A program made the position numbers and the translations under genes. The notes beneath the pieces were generated by a model, which was not told where the DNA came from, did not search any database, and saw only the letters and a list, made by a program, of their open reading frames with translations. Shown here in pieces: positions 46,571 through 52,115 of a stretch of DNA of 52,115 nucleotides. This DNA comes from a virus (Duplodnaviria > Caudoviricetes). The DNA is taken from the IMG/VR virus record IMGVR_UViG_3300034175_000039, positions 1 to 52,115 of that record; one strand, 5' to 3'. The first letter of the stretch is position 1, and each line of letters opens with the position of its first letter.

Positions 46571-47698
46571 TTATTCTTTCTCTATTTTGACCGGTAGCTT
46601 ATCCGGCACGACATCGGGCAATAAAAACAGGGGATCGTTACCGCTATGATTTACGCTCAACACCGGCACGTAAAATTCATTTGGTCCGCATCGGTGGTCG
46701 TGATCGAATGAATTACTTGCCGATCCTTGTGATGCCCATATTGAACGCGTTTCGGGAACCGACGAACAGGCGGCAAAGCTGAACCGGCGCAAGAACGACG
46801 GATGACCAAGTGCGAACATCAAATCGCTAAGATTGAGCCGTTCACCGTTTTCTTTCAATTTAACCGCCAATTGATATTTCGCACGTCCGCCGCTTACCGA
46901 CGTATCGGTTGCGACAATGGCGCATGAATAGCCCGCGTTCTCCATTAGATCGATCATGGCACCGATCAACGCGGCACGCATGATGGCACTTTCCGCGTTG
47001 ACGTGACCGTTACAGCCGATTTCCACAAAGAACGTCACGACTTTGCGACCGGGCGATTTGGGGCGTCGCACCATATGCGCGGGATCACCGGACAACATGC
47101 GCCCGACGTTGACCGTGCCGCCCGCCACAGCGGCCCGGCGCTGGCGTACGCGGGGACTATCGACGGATAGCCGCTCCATGGCGTCTAGGGCGCGCTCAAC
47201 GCCGTCTGGCCAGCCCTTGCGGGCAAGATCGATAGCGTCCGCCATACGCCGCGTGCCGCGCCAATCACCGTCGTCAATTTCCCATCCCGAACGGTTCGGA
47301 TCAGTCGATTGCGAGGGCGCTAGACTTTCGATGTAATCGGTAAATTTGCCAAGGCTGGAAAAACCAAAGAACGCAGACACGTTTTGGTCGGCAAAGTGGT
47401 TGTGATAAGTCGCGTCATCGCCATAGATGGCAGACGGCGTGCTGTTCGATTGTCGCGTTACGTTGCTTTCAAGCAAGTGCGCCAACAACTCACTAAACGC
47501 GTCATCGGCATCGCTGCTAGCCGCTGGCATCGGATCATTGACCGTTTGCACCATCACGCCAACTAAGCCGCGAAGCTTACTGACTTGATCAGTGCTTAAG
47601 CGGTCAAAGGTCCATCGCTTTTCGTGCTTGTTGAACAGCCCGCCCATGCTGCGCAGCAAGTCGCGGTGTTCGAACGTGCGTCCGGTGGCGGTGATCAT
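46571..47698 (-). CDS. vWA-like partner of a MoxR ATPase (CobT-like position)
   Basis: GGTVNVGRMLSGDPAHM, VVTFFVEIGCNG (degenerate MIDAS strand), DLMENAGY and HPSFLRR; same operon as the AAA ATPase. Confidence 0.6.
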   Translation of the reverse strand: MITATGRTFEHRDLLRSMGGLFNKHEKRWTFDRLSTDQVSKLRGLVGVMVQTVNDPMPAASSDADDAFSELLAHLLESNVTRQSNSTPSAIYGDDATYHNHFADQNVSAFFGFSSLGKFTDYIESLAPSQSTDPNRSGWEIDDGDWRGTRRMADAIDLARKGWPDGVERALDAMERLSVDSPRVRQRRAAVAGGTVNVGRMLSGDPAHMVRRPKSPGRKVVTFFVEIGCNGHVNAESAIMRAALIGAMIDLMENAGYSCAIVATDTSVSGGRAKYQLAVKLKENGERLNLSDLMFALGHPSFLRRFSFAACSSVPETRSIWASQGSASNSFDHDHRCGPNEFYVPVLSVNHSGNDPLFLLPDVVPDKLPVKIEKE

Positions 47699-48093
47699 TT
47701 AGGTGTGGACCAAGTGTAACGATGACCATGTTGTGCGCTTGCATATCCTTGTGCAACTGCGCATCTATCTCTGTCAAAAAATTGATCTATATAGCTTTCA
47801 CCATCCCAATAGGTCGCGCCACTGATATAGCCATTATGCATGCCAATGATGCGTTGAATAGTGTGATTGCTAAATCGTTGCGCTTCCTCTTTTGTACGTG
47901 GCGGATTGGCGAGATAAAACGTGTCATTGATACGTGTGCCGTCCACAATAGCCTCTTGTCTGCCGCCAAATGGACCGACATTAACGGCTTCGCGGGGCCG
48001 TTGAAACCATAGCACTTTGTAACGTTTGGCGATTGGTTTATCGCAAACTATACATCGGGGTCGGTTAAGATCGATACTACGTGCCATAATCAT
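47695..48093 (-). CDS. Hypothetical protein with N-terminal CxxC
   Basis: PRCIVCDKPI...FFDRDRCA; downstream of promoter copy E. Confidence 0.55.
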   Translation of the reverse strand: MIMARSIDLNRPRCIVCDKPIAKRYKVLWFQRPREAVNVGPFGGRQEAIVDGTRINDTFYLANPPRTKEEAQRFSNHTIQRIIGMHNGYISGATYWDGESYIDQFFDRDRCAVAQGYASAQHGHRYTWSTPK

Positions 48094-48117
48094 AATCTCA
48101 AGAATTGTGCAACAACT

Positions 48118-48146
48118 ATCCTAATGGTCATCGCAATGGTCGTCAA
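48118..48146 (-). promoter_or_regulatory. Sigma70-like promoter, family copy E
   Basis: Minus strand TTGACG-accattgcgatgaccat(17 nt)-TAGGAT. Confidence 0.75.
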
Positions 48147-49219
48147 GCGATTTTTTCACGGTCGCGTTCTGACATGCCTTTGAACAGATAAATTTCTTCC
48201 ACGTCATCCCAATCGACGCCGATGGATAGCGCAGCCGCGCCCATCCCAATTGCTCGGCTGCTAACGACGTGGCGAATTTTCTTATCGGTCACGTTCTTGC
48301 GAACGGACCACACGCGGTCTAGCCAACGGTGCTGATCACCGGCAAACATTTGTTCAAGCGTCGTGTCGTAATCCACATTGATCGTTGCGAACCGGTCAAG
48401 CGATGCGGCGTCCAACTCATTGCGCCCGACATAAACGCGGTCTGCGCCAGTGCCGAACGTGTTAGCCGTCGCGATCATGCGAAAATCGGGATGACGCATC
48501 ACCGGTGCGGCTTGGTCGGGAAAGGTACAATAGCCGTTGGCAAGCGCGCTGTTCGCAGCTAGCAGCGCCGACGCATCCCATGCGTCGATTTCGTCCGCAA
48601 TCCAAACGCCGCCGCTTTCGAACGCATGACGAAACGGCGTGCTGTGATATTTGCCCATACCGTCAACAAAGCCGATCAATTCATGTGTATCATTGATGGT
48701 ATTGGTGATCTTGAACGCGAGTTGCAGCGCCTTCGCTACATGTTCACCGATAGTGGTCTTACCGCATCCGGCCGGTCCGACCAACATGACCGCATGTCCA
48801 AGCGATGCGATCTTTATGACCAATTCAGTTCGATAGTGAATTAATCCTTCAAGCGTTATCGATCCACGTGGTGATATGATTTCCAACTGACGTGGCGGCA
48901 TTGCACTTAGTAGCTTTTGCGCTTCGTCAAAGGCGAGTACGCGAATGGTGTTTTCGGTTATGGAACCGTTCGTAAAAACGGTCATCGTCGCTAAGACTGC
49001 TGCCGCTGTTGCACGCTGGATATCGTCAGCTTGGGGGGTGTTCGGACGCCCGCCCGCATGGTAAAGGTTGACAAGATCAACGAAAGACATGGCGTGAACC
49101 GCGACCGGCTGCAAACCGCACTCAATCGCATATTCGATCAATTGCAGTTTATCGCTTGGATTGGGCATGTAATTAGCGGGGTCGCCAAGCTGCCATTCAA
49201 TCAATTTTTTCCGGTTCAT
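48143..49219 (-). CDS. MoxR/CbbQ/CobS-like AAA+ ATPase
   Basis: GPAGCGKT, ADEID, HPDFRMIATANT and LDAASLDRF motifs. Confidence 0.88.
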   Translation of the reverse strand: MNRKKLIEWQLGDPANYMPNPSDKLQLIEYAIECGLQPVAVHAMSFVDLVNLYHAGGRPNTPQADDIQRATAAAVLATMTVFTNGSITENTIRVLAFDEAQKLLSAMPPRQLEIISPRGSITLEGLIHYRTELVIKIASLGHAVMLVGPAGCGKTTIGEHVAKALQLAFKITNTINDTHELIGFVDGMGKYHSTPFRHAFESGGVWIADEIDAWDASALLAANSALANGYCTFPDQAAPVMRHPDFRMIATANTFGTGADRVYVGRNELDAASLDRFATINVDYDTTLEQMFAGDQHRWLDRVWSVRKNVTDKKIRHVVSSRAIGMGAAALSIGVDWDDVEEIYLFKGMSERDREKIA

Positions 49220-49292
49220 CGCACGGTCTTAAAAGCAACCTAACGCAAATGCAACACGAATTTGACCGCTATGTCAAAATTTATTCAGGTGG

Positions 49293-49754
49293 ATGACCAT
49301 GGCGCAACGATACACCGGACGACAACGCGCTTACGGTCATTTGACCGCTGATATAGAAGATTTTGTGGCAACGTCCGAAAAACGAATGATCGCATTGATG
49401 CGTGAAAGCATTCAGGACGTTGTGTTGAACGCCCAAACGCCAGTGGGTAAAGGCGGGCGTATGCGCGTCGATACCGGCTTTCTTCGTGCGTCCGGTCAGG
49501 CATCGTTGACGGGCATGCCGACCGGCCCGACGCGTGGTGAACTAACGGCACCGGGATCATACGGTTACAATGAGAATACCGTTACCGTGAAACTTGGTGA
49601 TTTGAAGATTGGTCAGACGTTCCACTTTGGATGGACCGCCGAATATGCCAAGTATCGCGAGTTATACGATGGTTTTTTAGAGGGTGCTTTGCAGAATTGG
49701 GCAAGGATCGTCGCGTTCAATACTGATAGCATTCGGCAAAGGATCAAGAAATGA
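49293..49754 (+). CDS. Tail completion protein (HK97 gp10-like)
   Basis: MRVDTGFLRAS and WTAEYA motifs. Confidence 0.78.
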   Translation: MTMAQRYTGRQRAYGHLTADIEDFVATSEKRMIALMRESIQDVVLNAQTPVGKGGRMRVDTGFLRASGQASLTGMPTGPTRGELTAPGSYGYNENTVTVKLGDLKIGQTFHFGWTAEYAKYRELYDGFLEGALQNWARIVAFNTDSIRQRIKK

Positions 49755-50167
49755 GCGACATGGAAGATCACGCCATTTTGGCAATCTTGCAAGGTGAAAC
49801 AACCTTAGCGGTTGAGGCGTGCGCAATTCCGACGTTGCCCGTCAAATATTTCGGGATCGGCTTTACCGTCCCGAACGACCAAAAATGGCTTGAAATTGTT
49901 TGGTTGCCTAATAATCGCAGTGGTGATTATTGGGGCGATGAAAAGAACTATCGCGGCACCTATCGTTTGATCTTGCATTGGCCAAATGATGGTGCCGGGC
50001 CTTACGAACCGATGTTGTTGTTGAGTAACATCACGTCACGTTTCGCAAAGAATAGAATGTTGCAATACGTTCAGATTTATGACAACCCGGATAGCGGCGG
50101 CGTGCTAGAGCAAGGGGCCGAAAATCTGTATCCGGCTAGCGTCCGTTATCAGTGTTTCAAACGATGA
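49751..50167 (+). CDS. Tail terminator protein
   Basis: FTVPNDQKWL, RGTYRL..HWPN..G and PASVRY; directly before the tail tube gene. Confidence 0.7.
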   Translation: MSDMEDHAILAILQGETTLAVEACAIPTLPVKYFGIGFTVPNDQKWLEIVWLPNNRSGDYWGDEKNYRGTYRLILHWPNDGAGPYEPMLLLSNITSRFAKNRMLQYVQIYDNPDSGGVLEQGAENLYPASVRYQCFKR

Positions 50168-50178
50168 AAGGTTTCGCT

Positions 50179-50985
50179 ATGCGCCGTCGCTCAATCCTAC
50201 TGGCATCCGCCGTCGCGGCCTTCCCGGTCGCTCACTTCAACACCAACGCCGGGTCGAAGCTGTTCGTGTGCGCCACGCCGCAACAGTCCGATCTTACGCA
50301 GGCGCAGTTTGAAGCCCTCGTATGGGTTCAGGTCAAGGGCGTCGGCTCGCACGGTGAAACCGGGCAGTCCACCAATATTCTGACCTATGACACGTGGGAT
50401 ACGGTCGTCATCCAAAAGGCGAAGGGAATGACCGACGCGGGATCACCGGAAATCGAATTGGCGCGCGATCCCTTGGACGCGGGGCAAATCATTTTGCGAA
50501 CCATTTGTTCGCCGTCGAATATGAACTTCGCGTTCAAGATTACGCGTAACGATCCCAACGTGATCACCGGCACGCCGACGACAATTTACAACCGTGGTCT
50601 TGTCGTTGGACCGCGCCGCCCGATGGGGCGGAACGAAGATTTCGATTTGGAAATGTTCACGCTTGGTTTGCAGCAAGTCGAATTGGTCGTTGATCCGTCC
50701 GGCGCGGGCGTTCCGCCCACGCTTACCGTTGCCCCGGTTATCACCGGAACGGCGCAGGTCAATTCCGTCCTTACCGCCAGTACGGGCACCTTCACCGGTG
50801 ACGCGACCATTGTGCGAACGTATCAGTGGTTCGCGGGTGGCGTGCTTATCCCCGGTGCGACCGCGAACACGTACATTCCGGTCGCCGCCAACGTCGGCAA
50901 GGTCATCAGCGTGCGTGTCACCGGTACGAACGCAGCCGGTAGCGCGATTGGTCATTCGGCACCGACCACCGCCGTCATTGCTTAG
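50179..50985 (+). CDS. Major tail tube protein with C-terminal Ig-like domain
   Basis: GAAAGG RBS; TNAGSK, KAKG..DAGS and D..DAGQ motifs; Ig-like PVITGTAQV...YQWF...GAT..TY...VRVTGTNAAGS. Confidence 0.88.
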   Translation: MRRRSILLASAVAAFPVAHFNTNAGSKLFVCATPQQSDLTQAQFEALVWVQVKGVGSHGETGQSTNILTYDTWDTVVIQKAKGMTDAGSPEIELARDPLDAGQIILRTICSPSNMNFAFKITRNDPNVITGTPTTIYNRGLVVGPRRPMGRNEDFDLEMFTLGLQQVELVVDPSGAGVPPTLTVAPVITGTAQVNSVLTASTGTFTGDATIVRTYQWFAGGVLIPGATANTYIPVAANVGKVISVRVTGTNAAGSAIGHSAPTTAVIA

Positions 50986-51009
50986 AATTAGACCGGCTTG
51001 ACAGAATTG

Positions 51010-51044
51010 GAGAGGCGGCACAAACATGCCGCCTCTCTTTTTTT
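51010..51044 (+). terminator. Rho-independent terminator after the tail tube gene
   Basis: GAGAGGCGGCA-loop-TGCCGCCTCTC followed by a T-run. Confidence 0.85.
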
Positions 51045-51064
51045 GCGTTGATGGGGACGTAAAA

Positions 51065-51502
51065 ATGGCCGATCTTGCACAAATCAAAAGCGGTGATCGT
51101 GAAATCGAAATCGTAAACCCCGGCACGACCGATAAAATCGGTGTTCGTGTCAAGCTCATGTCCATCGATGATGAACGGATGCAAAAGATCAAGCGTCGCA
51201 TTACTGACGAGCGTTTGCGCTTGGAACAGCGTGGCAAGGTTTTCAAGGCGGAAGAGATTGAAGAGAACCGCAACAATATTCTGTTCAACGCCATGATCGA
51301 TTGGGAATGGTATAACCCGACCGGCAAAGCGGGTGACAAGGGTTTTGATCCCGATGCCGCGCCCGAATTCGAAGGCGGTGTACCGCAATTCGACCGGCGC
51401 AGCGTTATCAATGTTCTGACCAAGCTTCCTTGGTTTGCCGATCAAGTCAACGAAGCCGTTGGCGACACCAAAGCTTTTTTCACGACCTCCAAGCCGATCT
51501 AG
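51065..51502 (+). CDS. Tail assembly chaperone (gpG-like)
   Basis: Between tail tube and TMP; ends shortly after a slippery heptamer. Confidence 0.82.
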   Translation: MADLAQIKSGDREIEIVNPGTTDKIGVRVKLMSIDDERMQKIKRRITDERLRLEQRGKVFKAEEIEENRNNILFNAMIDWEWYNPTGKAGDKGFDPDAAPEFEGGVPQFDRRSVINVLTKLPWFADQVNEAVGDTKAFFTTSKPI

Positions 51503-51897
51503 TTGAGGCGATCCGCGTTCGCGTCCGGTACTTGACGCCCGATGAAAAAGGGCAAACCCGACGCGAACGCAATGATCAGTTTGGAGAACCAGCACCGCCT
51601 TTAATTGTTCCTCCAATGGGGCGGTATCTTTGGGATTGGTATTACGACTTAAGCGAAAGTATTCGTCGCGTCCGCGATGGTGTATGCGAACCAATTCCAC
51701 CATCCGAATACATCGCTTGGTTACAAGCGACGGGCAACATTGTTTATGCGCACGAATATGCTATTCTGCGTGCCATGGATGATTCTTATTGCACTGAAAT
51801 GAATTCAGAGCTTTCGGATTATCGTGAACGGGAACGTGCGGCGGCGGAAGCGCAAGCGGAAGCAAACCGCCGTAAATCCAAGCGTAAAGGGCAATAA
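51475..51897 (+). CDS. Tail assembly chaperone -1 frameshift extension (gpGT-like)
   Basis: T TTT TTC heptamer at 51475-51481 in the gpG frame; the -1 frame is open to 51897 (YLWDWY...PIPPSEYIAW...ILRAMD). Confidence 0.82.
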   Translation, partial: FFHDLQADLVEAIRVRVRYLTPDEKGQTRRERNDQFGEPAPPLIVPPMGRYLWDWYYDLSESIRRVRDGVCEPIPPSEYIAWLQATGNIVYAHEYAILRAMDDSYCTEMNSELSDYRERERAAAEAQAEANRRKSKRKGQ

Positions 51898-52115
51898 ATG
51901 GCCGATATTGCTCAACTTGGCTTTGGTGTTGATACCGGTGGTCTTAAAGATGGTAAGGCCGCTCTTGACGCTTTGGTGCCATCGGCTGATCGTGCTGAAA
52001 AATCATCGGCAAAGCTTTCGAATACATTAGCCCGCGTTGATGCGTCCGCCGATAAGTTGATGGCAGCGGCAACGGGGTTGTCGTCCGCCGTTGAAAAAAT
52101 GTCGAATGTGTTAGA
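51898..52115 (+). CDS. Tape measure protein, N-terminal part (MADIAQLGFGVDTGGLKDG...), continuing at position 1
   Basis: The ATG at 51898 directly follows the chaperone stop. 52099-51898 = 201 nt, so it is in frame with the duplicated ATG at 52099/1. Confidence 0.9.
   Translation, partial: MADIAQLGFGVDTGGLKDGKAALDALVPSADRAEKSSAKLSNTLARVDASADKLMAAATGLSSAVEKMSNVL
52099..52115 (+). repeat. 17-bp terminal overlap identical to nt 1-17 (circularisation overlap)
   Basis: ATGTCGAATGTGTTAGA is present at both ends, and the reading frame is continuous when joined. Confidence 0.95.

Noticed and set aside
12407-48146. Repeated GGTCATTGCGATGGTCGTCAA-like motif as CRISPR repeats or recombination sites
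   Set aside because: Copies are kilobases apart, all in one orientation, upstream of genes, and fit -35/17 nt/-10 geometry. No array, cas operon or recombinase is present.
49288-49298. GGT-GGATG-ACC as a fifth GGA-loop hairpin
   Set aside because: The stem is only 3 bp and overlaps the start codon region; too weak to count.
37943-50240. Leaders as canonical Prp (ribosomal L27-type) cleavage motifs
   Set aside because: They lack the LNLQFF-type consensus, and the spanins imply a Gram-negative, probably proteobacterial host. Only the analogy is retained.
50443-51703. Long minus-strand ORFs (50443-51423, 50975-51703)
   Set aside because: They lie antisense to well-supported tail tube and chaperone genes and cross a terminator.
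52099-52115. 17-bp terminal repeat as a biological direct terminal repeat or att site
   Set aside because: It falls inside the tape measure gene, which reads through in frame. It is best explained as an assembly circularisation overlap.
1-52115. Alternative genetic code, tRNA genes, integrase or lysogeny module
   Set aside because: Genes tile normally under the standard code with TAA, TGA and TAG all used as stops. No cloverleaf or tyrosine/serine recombinase motifs were recognised by eye; tRNAscan-SE and HMM searches would be needed to confirm.

Overview
This window is an apparently complete, circularly permuted genome of a tailed siphophage. The last 17 nt (52099-52115) repeat nt 1-17, and the tape-measure gene reads in frame across the junction, giving about 52,098 unique bp. 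Two-component spanins indicate a Gram-negative host; an Alphaproteobacterial host is an inference from the tail module and the tape-measure C-terminal motif. No integrase, tRNA or CRISPR array was seen, so the phage looks lytic. The modules are: tail tip and receptor-binding proteins (1-9.8 kb), lysis (10-12.1 kb), replication and DNA metabolism (12.4-29 kb: family-B polymerase, SSB-like, Cas4-like nuclease, clamp-like, methyltransferase, helicase, VRR-NUC, primase-helicase, PAPS-reductase-like), small leftward early genes around an AT-rich inverted-repeat locus (29-35 kb), and packaging/head/tail genes (35-52 kb) interrupted by antisense genes including a MoxR AAA/vWA-like pair. The most unusual signals are: (1) related N-terminal leader peptides on six unrelated proteins (portal, scaffold, capsid, tail tube and two others), with no recognisable prohead protease but a candidate C39-like protease elsewhere; (2) a candidate +1 frameshift or micropeptide supplying an SSB-type acidic tail (DDLDDCIPY); (3) paired GGA-loop hairpins in the scaffold and capsid 5' UTRs; (4) a five-copy promoter family with a palindromic operator in the spacer. 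All family assignments come from motif recognition by eye, not database searches.
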